Below, piece by piece: positions 36,401-49,100 of a stretch of 64,000 nt of DNA. The notes beneath the pieces are model-generated. The model had not been told where the DNA came from. It saw nothing but the letters and a program-made list of their open reading frames with translations, and did not search any database. This DNA comes from Yuukianura sp. NJ FZ-2021 (lineage: Eukaryota). Both the position numbers and the translations under genes were made by a program. Each line of letters starts with the position of its first letter. Position 1 is the stretch's first letter. The stretch spans positions 6,324,001 to 6,388,000 of the forward strand of contig CM102283.1 of the NCBI GenBank assembly GCA_046563655.1, given 5' to 3'.

Positions 36401-39400
36401 TTGCCACGGTATCATCCTCTTACCGTGAGCAGTTGAACAATCTGATGACGACCCTTAAGGCCACCCACCCCCACTTCATCCGTTGTATCATCCCCAATGA
36501 AGTCAAGACGCCTGGACTCATTGACTCTGGACTTGTCATGCACCAGTTGACTTGCAATGGTGTACTTGAAGGTATCCGTATTTGCCGAAAGGGATTCCCT
36601 AACCGAATGATGTATGCTGACTTCTGTTTCAGGTACTGCAAAGTTTTTGAAAAAGTGAGCCTAACTTTAGGGTTTTTGGAAATTTTGAAAAACTTGTTTT
36701 TGTGGTTTCAGATACCAAATCTTGGCTTCTGCTCAAATGTTGGCCCAGAAAGATGACAAGAAGATTGCAACTGCTTGCTTTGAGCATATTGGACTGGATG
36801 CTGACAAATGGCGAGTTGGTCACACCAAAGTGTTCTTCCGAGCAGGAGTTCTCGGAGAGATGGAAGAATTGCGTGACGACAAGATTGGCAAGATCATTAT
36901 GGATTTGCAGGCGCATATTCGCTGGTACTTGACCCAAAAACAGTACAAGACGCTCAGGGAACAACGACTCGCTCTGGAAGTTGTTCAGCGTACGCTTCGA
37001 TCTTATGTAAGCAAGAAGTTTCAAAACAAAATTACATCTTTTTGAAACTTCAATTTTTGAAAAAAAAAATTTACCGACTTTCATTTTTTTTTCCATTTTT
37101 CTTTACTGTAGGTTCGACTTCGCTGCTGGCCATGGTGGGGCTTGTGGAAACTTATCAAACCTACCCTCAAGGTCTCCAACATTGCTGAGGTTTGTTTTTT
37201 TAACTTTTAACTTTTTTCAAAATTTTATTGTTAGTACTTTAGAATTTATTAACTGAATTTTTTTTGACATGCGCAGGAGATTAAGAAGTTTGAGGACCGA
37301 ATTGCCAAGGCCGAGAATCTTCTGAAGGCGGAAGAAGCTGCCAGGAAGGAGGAAGAAGCCAAACAGAAGAAGTTAGATGACGAACGCAACGCACTTTTGA
37401 AATTGGTCGACGATTTGAAAAACAACGCCAGTGGAACCATGGGCACTGTCCAGAAACTCCAAGCCCAAAAATCTGATCTCGACTCTCAACTTAACGTAAG
37501 ACCACCGCCAATTTCAATTTTAATTCTCCCGCTGTTGGTAATTTTGAGTTTACATTTCGCATTTTTTTAATTTTTCAGGACCTCTCAACTCGTCTTGCGC
37601 AAGAGGAAGAAGCCCGCCAACTTCTGGCCAATCAGAAGAAGAAGATTGAGAACGAAATGAACAAGTTCAAGCAAGACCTGGAAGATCAAGGCAGCCGATT
37701 GACCGGAGCTGAGCAGGACAAGGCCACCAAGGAACAACAAATCAACAACTTGAAGGCCGAGTTGGCCCACCAGGAGGATCTGATCATGCGCCAGACGAAG
37801 GAGAAGAAAGCACTCCAGGAAGTGATTCAGAAGAGTGGCGAGGAAGGTCAAGCTCAGGAAGACAAGGTCAATCATCTTAACAAGATCAAGTCCAAGTTGG
37901 AGCGAAATCTGGATGAACTTGAGGATTCACTGGAGCGGGAGAAGAAGATCCGATCGGACATTGAGAAGAACAAGAACAAGGTAGAGGGTGACTACAAGTT
38001 GAGCACTGAGGCTGTCGCTGATTTGGAGCGAAACAAAAAAGAACTCGAACAGACAATTCAGCGAAAAGATAAAGAAATCTCGTCAATTTCCGCGAAACTC
38101 GAGGACGAAAATGCTCTCATCGGAAAACTCCAGCGACAAATCAAGGAGCTCCAGGCAAGTTTTCAACTTAAAATCCCAACAATTCCAAAAAACCCAAAAT
38201 TCAAAATTTAAAAATTTTTAAAATATGAACTTAGAAATCTCAGAAGTTCAAAATTTTGAATGTTTCAGGCCCGTCTGCAAGAGCTCGAGGAAGAACTTGA
38301 GTTGGAGAGACAAGCTCGTGCCAAAGCATCCAAGACCCGCAGCGATTTGGCTCGCGAAATGGAAGAACTTGGTGAACGACTTGAAGAAGCCGGTGGACAG
38401 ACCACGACCCAAATTGAATTGAACAAGAAGCGGGAAGCCGAATTGATCAAACTCCGTCGCGAAGCTGAAGAGTCCAACATTCAGCATGAAGCCTCCATGG
38501 CCAACATTCGCAAGCGACACAACGACGTCGTGTCTGAAATGGCCGAACAAGTCGACTCGTTGAACAAACTTAAGGCCAAGGCCGAGAAGGACCGACAAGG
38601 AGTCGTCACTGAATTGAACGAACTTCGTGCTGCCATGGATCACTTGAACAATGAGAAGGCTGGACAACAAAAACTGGGCAAACACCTTCAACAACAAATC
38701 CAGGAGACACAGGCCAAGTACGACCAAGTCGCTAACGCTTTAAGCGAAGTTGATCAAACCAAGAAGAAGCTGGCAATTGAAAATGGTGACCTCACGAGAA
38801 ATCTGGAAGAGTCGGAGTCTAACATTTCGAAATTGAGTAAAGTCAAGGTCAGTTTGGCCACTCAGTTGGAAGACATGAAGCGATTGGCTGATGACGAAAG
38901 TCGGGAACTGGCAACACTGCTCGGCAAATTCCGAAATGTCGAGCATGACCTGGACACTCTTCGGGCTCAGTTGGAAGAAGAAAGTGAAGTCAAAGCTGAA
39001 CTTCAAAAACTTATCTCCAAAGCTCACTCGGAAGCTCAGATCTACAGGTTAGAAGCAAATTTTTGAAAATTTTGAAAAACAGTTTTGGAAAATTAGAAAA
39101 CTTCAAAATTTTGTATGTTTTCAGGAACAAGTTTGAAACTGAAGGCCTTTCTCGCACTGAGGAATTGGAAACTGCCAAGTAAGATAATTTCTGAAACTTC
39201 AAACATTTTTTTTTAAATTCGTTTTTTTTCTTGGAAATTTTGTTTTACCTTCTGCGCAGGACCAAACTTCAAGCTCGTCTGCAAGAGGCTGAGGAAACTA
39301 TTGAATCTTTGAACCAGAAGATTCCGTTCTTGGAGAAGACGAATGGAAAACTGTCATCTTCGCTGGACGAAATGGTCACTGAAGTCGAGAAGGCTCAGAG

Positions 39401-41348
39401 TCTGGTTGTCCAGTACGAGAAGAAGCAAGTTTACTTCGACAAGATCATCAACGAATGGAAGGCCAAGGTCAATGACCTCACCAACGAGCTGGATGCCAGT
39501 CGCAAGGAAGCCCGAAACTACTCCACCGAACTCTTCCGAGTCAAGGCCATTTACGAAGAAAATGCTGAGCAAATCGAAGTTGCCAAACGAGAGAACAAGA
39601 ACTTGGCTGAGGTAATGTCAATTCTTAAACCTCAACAAAGAAAATTCAAAATTTAGAATAATTTCACTATTTTTTTTTAATTTTTCAAAATTTAGGAAAT
39701 TAAAGACCTTGTTGACCAAATAACTGAAGGTGGTCGCAACATCCACGAAATTGAGAAGCATAAGAACCGACTTCAAATTGAAAAGGAGGAGCTCGAGGCT
39801 GCCCTAGAAGAAGCCGAGTCTGCGCTTGAGCAAGAAGAAAACAAGGTTCTTCGCGTCCAATTGGAATTGAGCCAAGTTCGACAAGAAGTTGACCGTCGTC
39901 TGCAAGAGAAGGAAGAGGAGTTTGAGAATACTCGCAAGAATCATCAACGGTAAGCTTAAATTCAGAAGTAATTGAATTAATCGATTAATTGCCTTACTTT
40001 TTAGAGCGTTGGACTCCATGCAAGCCAGTTTGGAAGCCGAGTCCAATGGAAAACTGGAGGCTCTGAAGATGAAGAAGAAGCTGGAGTCGGACATCAACGA
40101 ATTGGAGATTGCTTTGGACCACTCCAACAAGTCCAATGCTGAGGCCCAGAAGAGCATCAAGAAATACTTGCAAGTACTCAAGGAGAACCAATCCAATCTT
40201 GAGGAAGAGATTCGACTTCATGAGGAGTTGCGTGAAGAGTACGGAACGACGGAGAGACGTGCGCATGCTCTGAGCAACGAGCTTGAAGAGTCACGAACCC
40301 TGTTTGAACAGGTATAGACTTCAAGGAATTCGCATTGGTTTTAGAAAATGGCGGTAAATTTTGAAATTTTGAATTTCTAGGCTGACCGTGCCAGACGAAT
40401 CACCGAACAAGAACTGTTCGATGCCCGTGATCAGTTGAACGAACTTGGCGGACAAGTCAGCAACCTCGGCGGACTCAAGCGGAAGTTGGAAGGACAACTC
40501 CAGGCTCTTCATGTAAACTTAAAAAAAAATCAAAATTTGAAAACTTTTGCTTTCAAAAACTTTGAACTTTCTGAAAATTGTAAATTTTTGAATTATAGAC
40601 CGACCTAGAAGAAATCCTCAACGAAGCCAAGAACTCCGAGGAGAAGGCCAAGAAAGCCATGGTTGACGCCGCTCGTCTTGCTGATGGTAAAAATCTAAAA
40701 CCTAACAAAATCAAAATTTTAGAATTTCGAAATACGTTTTCATTGTTTTTATGAAAATTTCAGAATTGCGTGTTGAACAAGAGTATGCCAGTGGCCAGGA
40801 ACGAACCCGGAAGGAGTTGGAAGCCCAAGCCAAGGAATTGGCCAGTCGCCTTGAAATTGCTGAGCGTGATGCACTCAAGGGCTCCCAGAAGATCATTGCC
40901 AAGTTGGAGACGAGACTGCGCGGCCTTGAGCAAGAACTGGACTCCGAACAGCGTGCCCATGCCAACGCCCAGAAGAACCTCCGTAAAGGTGACCGTCGTG
41001 TCAAGGAGTTGACCTTCCAAGCCGAAGAAGACCGCAAGAACTACGAGAAGATGCAGGACCTCGTCGACAAGCTCCAGGGAATGCTGAAGACCTACAAACG
41101 CCAAATCGAAGAAGCGGTAAAATTCCAAACTCAAACTCAAAAAAGTCTAAAATTTTCATTTTTTCCAAGTTTCATTTCATTTTCAGGAGGAAATTGCTGC
41201 CCTCAACTTGGCCAAATTCACCAAGACGCAACAAGAGCTGGAAGAGGCCTATGAGCGTACCGAGGCAGCCGAAATGGGCCTCCAGAAAATCCGAAGCGGA
41301 GTACCTCAAGGGCGTGGGATGAGCCGCGGTCCGTCTGTCTTCAACTAG
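33447..41348 (+). CDS. Mhc: Muscle myosin II heavy chain; many short introns
   Basis: GESGAGKT P-loop, [37 protein letters not shown] region, full coiled-coil rod ending [18 protein letters not shown]. Confidence 0.97.
35995..36085. repeat. Three tandem ~30-bp units, each TGACCT-N4-TGA(C/A)CT, in an Mhc intron
   Basis: Units at 35997-36012, 36027-36042 and 36056-36071. Confidence 0.8.
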
Positions 41349-41834
41349 AATTGTCACAATAAATAGAGTTTTGCTGCAAAAACGAATCCAAATGCGTCTC
41401 TTTCGTGTTTTTTTTTTGACTGGAACGAGCAGGGTTTCATCCTCTGGTTTTTGGCGTTGCGTCTCTTTTTGAACAGAGGCGAAAACCAGGAGCACTTTTA
41501 TGGATTTTTAGACAGAGTCCTGCGTCTTTGATCTTTTGAAGAGAAAGAGACTTTCTCCTGGAAGAGAAAGGCATTATGCACAACATGAGGTTACTGTAGT
41601 AAGGGTTATCTGGAGTCTCTGGAAGGAGGACATTTGATTAGTATTGGCTTCCCTTTTGAGTAGATACGCCACGGAGGCTGCGGCTGGTGTCCTGGAGCTG
41701 GAGCAACTGCGGGAAAAAAATCCAGAGTGAAAGTGAAATTAAGATGTTGAATTTCAACTAAACTTGAAACTTTCTTTTTAAAATTTGATTTTCTTTTTAC
41801 AAATTTACTGGATTTTGAATCAGCAAATTCGAAG

Positions 41835-43815
41835 ATGCTTCTTATTTCGCTTCTGAGGTGAGTGGAAAGTGCAAGTGCTGGACAGGTTTTAGTTGATCTA
41901 GGAAAAAAATGTTTCAAAATTTCAAATCACTTGTAATTTGACAATTTTTTGTGAAATTTTTGTATAGCTCACTGTTTATCCCTTTGCATGTCACGGCGTC
42001 GACCGATGCCGAGATTCACATGGCCGAGTTGAAAGCACTTTCCAAAAATATTAGTCTCATTCTTGACTCGTTTTCTCATAATTATGATAAACGGGTTAGG
42101 CCAAATTACGGTAAAAAAAATAAATTTTGAAGTTGACAAAAAACAAAAATTTCCAAAATGAAAACTTTGTTTTAAGCTTTGAATTTTTAATCTTGGCTTC
42201 TTTAAAAAAACAGGCGCAGATGCAGTAGTGGTGGGAGTGACGATGTACGTTTTAAGCATTTCTGCCGTTTCAGAAGTAGAAATGGTACGACGTCATTCCA
42301 AAAATTTCCAATTTTCTAAAACAAACAAACAGATTAAAAACTTTTTTTTTGTGGAAACAGGATTTTACGCTAGATTTTTACTTTCGCCAAATGTGGAAGG
42401 ATCCTCGGCTAGTATTCAACGGTCCCAAAAACGTTCGAACGCTGAGCGTCAGCACGGAGTTTCTCAAATCCATTTGGGTTCCGGACACTTTCTTCGTCAA
42501 CGAAAAAAAGTCGTATTTCCACACAGCAACGACGAGTAACGAATTCCTCCGGATTTCTCAAGCGGGTGACATTACTCGCAGTATTCGACTCACTGTTACT
42601 GCCAGTTGCCCTATGAACTTGAGATACTTCCCAATGGACAGTCAGTTGTGTTTCATTGAAATTGAATCCTTTGGATACACCATGAGGGACATCCGATACG
42701 AATGGGCAGCAGACATTGGCGTGTCAAACGAAGTTTCCCTGCCGCAGTTCAAGGTTCAGGTACGTAGTCAACACAATTCCGTAACTGGCGGCAGTAGTTT
42801 GGCTTCCCAAAGTTGCTCAAATGCATGTTTGTTGACATTTGGTTGGACTTGACAGGGCTACAGACAAAGAGCAAACGAAATTAGTTTGAGTACTGGCAAC
42901 TACTCTCGCCTTGGTTGTGACATTCAATTTGTACGTTCGATGGGCTACTACATGATTCAGATCTACATCCCATCTAGCCTCATTGTCGTCATCTCGTGGG
43001 TGTCGTTTTGGCTCAACCGAAATGCTGCTCCAGCAAGAGTGTACTTGGGAATTACAACTGCAAGTTCAATTAAATTACATCAAAATTGTTACTTTGAATT
43101 TGATTTAACGTAGTATTTGACAATTGGTACTTGCCTGCAGGTCTTGACAATGACAACTCTTATGTCGTCGACAAACAAAGCCCTTCCAAAGATCTCATAC
43201 GTAAGATTTGACGAATCCTTAGTTGATTTAATACTTGATTGACGAATGACTGATTCATTCCAGGTGAAATCCATCGACGTTTTTCTTGGCACTTGCTTCG
43301 TTATGGTATTCGCTGCACTACTAGGTAAACGACGTTTGAAAATCTTAAGCCCTTCTGAAAACAAAATTATTGATTAAGTTGGGAATTTGTAGAATATGCC
43401 ACAGTAGGCTACTTGGCCAAACGGATTCAAATGAGGAAGAACCATTTTGCAAATTTGCAAAAAATGGCTGTCCAACTGCAGTATTCTCGGCCTAACGAAG
43501 GCCATCAATGCTGGGTAACATTATCAACTGCTCAGAAACTGTCAAGTAAAGTTCAGAAGTTAAACTTTGTTACAATTACAGGATCCAAGTACGAGCAACG
43601 CAGTTCATCGTCCAAACAATGTCCTCCACCAAATCATTCCCATCAATCCTAACCAGATTTGCGGAATAACCCCTTCAGACATTGACAAGTACTCTAGAGT
43701 CGTGTTTCCAGTTTGCTTCATCTGCTTTACCTTGTTGTACTGGATTATCTACTTGCATATTTCGACTGAATACCATGCTGACCTTGTCATTCTCAAAACA
43801 AAGGAGGAAGAGTAG
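41835..43815 (+). CDS. Rdl: RDL-like GABA-gated chloride channel subunit (Cys-loop receptor), divergent paralogue
   Basis: Signal peptide [45 protein letters not shown], Cys-loop [29 protein letters not shown]2 [26 protein letters not shown]. Confidence 0.92.
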
Positions 43816-44089
43816 TTACTGAAACGATGGAGATTGAGCATAAAGAGAAATAAGATTAGCAATAATAACCTTTCCTATATAAGTTATTAGAAAGTAAATC
43901 AGATTCACTTAAGCAACTTATTTATTTACCTTACACCGTTGTTGTCTCAATTTATTCGTATTCAATCATCAATTGAAAGATTCAGGAATTGGAGGTGGGG
44001 AGAGACGATAGAAAATCATTGTGAAAGTAAGAATTGGATGTGGATTGGCTTCGTTGATGAGTTAATCTAAGCGAGTGGAGAGCGATGAC

Positions 44090-44506
44090 TTAAAGTTCCT
44101 TGAGTTCAGCTGGAAGATCGTATTTGGGATGCTTATTCTCCCAGTGTTGTTTGTAAGTTTTGGGGTCCGGCATTTGGGCCTGTAAACAAGTACACATTGG
44201 GGTCACTCCGATAAAACCTGGCATGGTCAATTTATTATCACTGTGGTTCACTTTTCTACATACCTTGCATTGGGCGCAGACAACGCTGAGTCCCTTTGCG
44301 GCTGCCTTTTGTTGATCGGCTAGAGAGTGACCTTGAGCCTTCTTTGCCTTGGCCTGAAAACAACCGGAATATAAACATTGGGTCATGTTATTTCTTAAAC
44401 TTTACGAGAATCTTCGAAGATAACATCCAATACAAAAAATAGGTACACTAACCGCTTTTTCTTGGGCTTTTGCCTGAGACTGCAACTTTTGTTGACCTCG
44501 AGCCAT
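44090..44506 (-). CDS. ZNF706: Zinc finger protein 706-like (4F5 plus C2H2); three exons
   Basis: MARGQQKLQSQAK, DQQKAAAKGL, CAQCK|AQMPDPKTYKQHWENKHPK. Confidence 0.92.
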
Positions 44507-46169
44507 GATTGAAGTGTATTCAACAAAGAATCAGGATAATACTATGAGTCTTCAACGACTTTCTTCTTCGCGACGAACCAAGAACGATAGATTACAGCAG
44601 GATTGCCTTCTATCTGCTGTTATTTGACGTCACCACTACAAGATCACGTCCGGGGTTCCGTGTCCGACTCGAATGAAAGATTTCAAATTTAGGTGTTAGT
44701 CCTTTTGTGTCGTAGTAGTTAAATTGAAAGTGGGACAATTGTTGCAAATAGAACTGTGACGTTACACCTGATTAATTAATTTTGAAAAATTTCCCTCAAC
44801 CACAAACGAAGACAGCAGAAAGGAGATGATAACAATGGATGGAAAAGAGAATGGATGAGAGAGAAGAGAGAGAGGGAGTGAGAGTGAAATGATGAGAGGA
44901 TGGGAAGAATTTGTTAGGGTAACACGGAGTTATCCCCGTTGTAACCTCCAGAACCACCACCGCAACGCTAGGTTCTATTTACGCATCAACTCTATCTTTA
45001 TGTATTACACATCTACCTATCAACCAACCACCCAGTAGCTACTTACTAAAAATCGCATTTATAATCAATCAGCAAACTATCCAACTTTATAATAGAGGAG
45101 ATGTAGAGTTTTATTATCCGTAGCAACAACAACTGAAAAATAAATAAATCAATAAAACTAAAAATATGAAGCACAAGCTTCAAATCTAATAAAGAGGGCC
45201 ATTTTTTCTTTGACGTTAGCTTGAATCTGAATACAAGAAACTGTTTAAAAAAGGTTTTTAATACAATTAAATTCATGTGGCGTTTTGTCAATTTTTTTTT
45301 CACAAAGCGCAAATGTTTCGGTTTTACATCGTGCTGTAAATAGCTTTGATTAAAATTGGGTCGGTGTACAGAACAGCACGTACTGTAGCAACTACGACAT
45401 AATGTTACCTAAGTGCCAAATGTTACGACTTCGCACAAGAGAAGACTGGTTACGGTACGGATAGGGCAGTTAGGTCTTGGTCATATTGTGTGGTTACAAC
45501 AGGAAACTTCTGCTTTATGTCAACTTGGAATTGTGAAATGATATTTTGAAATTTCCGCTCTAACGGCCACTTGTTCTTGTTGTTGTTTTAGTTTAGGTGG
45601 ATTACACTGTCGTCAGCTGATGCTGATGAACACGTAAGAAACGGAGAAGCTTATTAGATACACGTTAGGTTAGACGTTAGGTAATTAGTAGTAGTGGAGG
45701 GTCAGTCATCAGCCTCGTAGGTCACTCAACGGTCACTGCCATTGTGCCATTATTGGATTATCAACAACATACTGGAATTCTCTTGGTGGATGGCAGTGTC
45801 TCAACGTTTCCTTTCCCGGGGTTGACTGACGGAAATTAGTTGAGCAAACTACGATTGACATACGATCGACGTACGGTACACGTAAGTCCTTCTCCTTACA
45901 GAATTCAGTTTAGTATAGGTGCAGTTAATGAGCATGCTCTGATTTTTAGGTAAAGTCCTACTACTTATACACACATCTTTCATTCGCACATAAATACATC
46001 TTATGTAAGTTGGATCATGATCATACTGACTGATGCGGGTTAATTGGTAATGGAAATGCATCTTCCCCTAACCTTCCACCATTTATACAACGCACACAAA
46101 CTTAAGCTACTGTTAGGTACATACTCATGCATTGGTTCCTTTATTTTTCCGAAGACCTGATTTAACAGG

Positions 46170-49100
46170 ATGTCAGACTCTTCGAGACTTTCAGCTTCAT
46201 CGAACAGTAACGCTGAACTCGCCAAGCAGTACCGAAAGAAGTACCCAAACGATCCGGACTACAGTTTGTTTACCGTTCACTTTTCGGCCCAACTTGAGTT
46301 CCAGGCATACACTGGAAGCAGGGTGGGGAAACATGAAACGTTGCAACACCTTGAATTAATTTTATATTCCAATTTCCTGAAGCACCTTATGAAACATCAA
46401 TCGAAACTGAAGGAAATTGCGAGCTCAATTTATCGAGAACATCAGCGGGGATTGACCGAAAAGCTTTTCGGAGAATTCAATAAAGACACGCCACTCAAAA
46501 CCAGGGTCATCAATGAAATACATTCCTACGCCGAATTCATGGGCTCCAGTACATCTACGTCGAAGACCCCTCGGCGCTATTTGTTTCAAAACAACGCAAC
46601 GGAACTTCAAAGGATATTGGCTCCTGACTACAACTACAGATCTGCCGTTACTCATGTCAATCTGAGTGACCCGTTTAATCCAATCCATACGACGCTGAGC
46701 TACCCACTGTTTTGTCGGGTGGTGAATACGCAGGTTCATCACAGAGATCCCAGCATAGATACGAACGTTCTCAAGAAATACAACCGCCATGACGAAACTT
46801 ACAAGAAGAAGTACATTGGGCATATGTGCACTGTAGCAGAGACTGATCATGAATTCCTCCTTGCAATTATATCAGCATATGGAGCGGATCCTCGGAAGTA
46901 CCCGTCTTCAGTTCTGGAAATGATGAACGATAGGAAGTTCATCAAAGAATTGTCTGGAGGCAACGAAGCTGTCCCAGAACGAGAACCGGAACCGTCTTCG
47001 ATGAAATCGTTTACAGATCTCTCCAGGACCAGAGAGACGGGGTATGCGGGCGACAAATGTATGCTTCGCACAGTGTCTACTAATTGCTATAAGTTGTCCA
47101 TCCATACTAACTCCTAACTCGAAATCCTTCAAAGTATTTAAGCGGGATACGTCACTAAAGCTGGCTAATTAATTGTGTTTATGGGTTAAATGTTCAGGTG
47201 TATTCCATCTTCCATCCAATCATGCCAGATATTTTTCATTACTATTTTTAATGTGGCAAGCCTAATTCCATTTTAAAATCTTGGGCGAATTCTATGGTTA
47301 ATTTAATTCTTATGTTTCAGAACGCCTGATATTGACACACATCTGGAAGTGGGATCTACGGAGCACCTTGATACAGATTCTGGAAGCTTCAGCAGTACAA
47401 GAAAGGGAGGGGGCAGGGACAATATGGACCAAAGTGGCAATGCTAATGATATTGACATTCTTTCCCAGGATGAATTCAATAAGTCCTTGGAAAAGCCGTG
47501 GACTGAATACCACGGAACAAAGTTTGCTGTCAACATTCCGGACAATTGGTAAACAACTACTTGGATGATTTGATTTTGTTTTGATTATTTTTTTGTTGAT
47601 TGATTGATTACAAGAATTTTTGCAATCTCTGTGTAGCTACTTGGAGTTCAAATCGGGTTTCCCATATCCAAACAATCGAGAAGGGATATTGAAGAACTGT
47701 CTGAATGTGCTGATTTGGGATTGTGAACTCAACATGTGGGATCCGGGCACTTTCAAGATCAAGCGCCTTGCTGACAGTTTTCCGAATCATGTTAAACAAA
47801 TCGAGCAAGATTTGCTGAAGGCACTGCCGAATTCTTCAAAGGCACAAAATCAAGACACTGCATACAACGTAATGAAAAACAACAGATCACTTCTCCAACT
47901 AGCTCTGTTGCCACAGATGAACGACTCCAATGCTGGCAACATAACTTCAAGTGCCACTTCTATTCCAAACGATTGGTCACCAATTCAAAGTTATCTGCCT
48001 TTCGAAACGTTCAAAACTCTCATCTTCAAAATGGCTAAGAAAGATTCATTCTCACCGTCAATCTTTCCGGACATTGATTTGGAAATCTTGAAGTTGAGAT
48101 ACGTCGAATACATGTCCGTTAATCTACAGAATCAGATCAATCAGCAGTTTCTTTTGGGGGTCTTCCATGCCTATGGACATGACGTTACGGTATACCCAAT
48201 CAGAGTTCTCCAACTAATGAAGCAAAAGGAACTACTTCGACCTCGTACTGTATTGCATGATGTTATTGGCGGTATAACAACTTCGAGTGACGCATATGAA
48301 CAAATCTTTGAAAATGGGATCTCGATTCCGAAAGAGCTTCAATTGATTCCAGCTCCGGTAAATCGATTACGAAACTCCAATTTCAGATACATATTTTTTC
48401 AGTTCCTAACCATCTTACTTCTTCAGATGTTTGACGTCGTGACGAAGACATCCTCCGGGGGAACGAAAGATAAATCAAACGAAATTCCAGGAAAGTCTGT
48501 ACAACCACCAGCGTCGACTTCTGGTGCTGTATCAAACGGCATCAAGCAGCCAGCACCCTCCGTGAGTCCAGCTCCAATTCCACCAAACCCAGTCGTCAAG
48601 CAAACAAATCTGGATTCGCCGCACACCATTCCCTCGAGTGAATTTTTTATTTGTTTGGCTCCTATTTGGAGGAAATTCTACGGCGAAAGGGCTGTGGATA
48701 TGCCAACTGCTTGGTATTACTTACAAACATTAAGAATTAATTAATTATTACTACTTATTATTAAACTAATTATTGTTAAAGTCGATTCTCTGATGTAGGT
48801 ATGGATTTTTCAAATCTCAGTTTCCGGAAATAAACAATATGGGTGGTATTCTGGATACTTGCATTGCAGTTTTACTCCAGGATCAAGCAGATTCAAAACA
48901 TTCGAAAAATTGGAAAATCCCACGCCTCCGACCTCATTTTGATCACATGTTCAAGGAGATTGAGAGAGATTTCAAGATTATTGACCCTGGAAAAACTAAA
49001 GTAGAAACACTAGGATGGCAAAACCTTATGGAAGGTGGCAAGTCTCTTCTTCAGCAAGGGCTAATTAAGCCGTCTTCGGGTGGACAAATTGTTCCACAGG

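Noticed and set aside
44821-44910. Purine/GA-rich tract upstream of ZNF706
   Set aside because: Could be GAGA-factor sites but is indistinguishable from low-complexity sequence.
45615-45650. CTGATGA...GAAA hammerhead-like core
   Set aside because: The intervening sequence cannot form stem II and no flanking stems were found.
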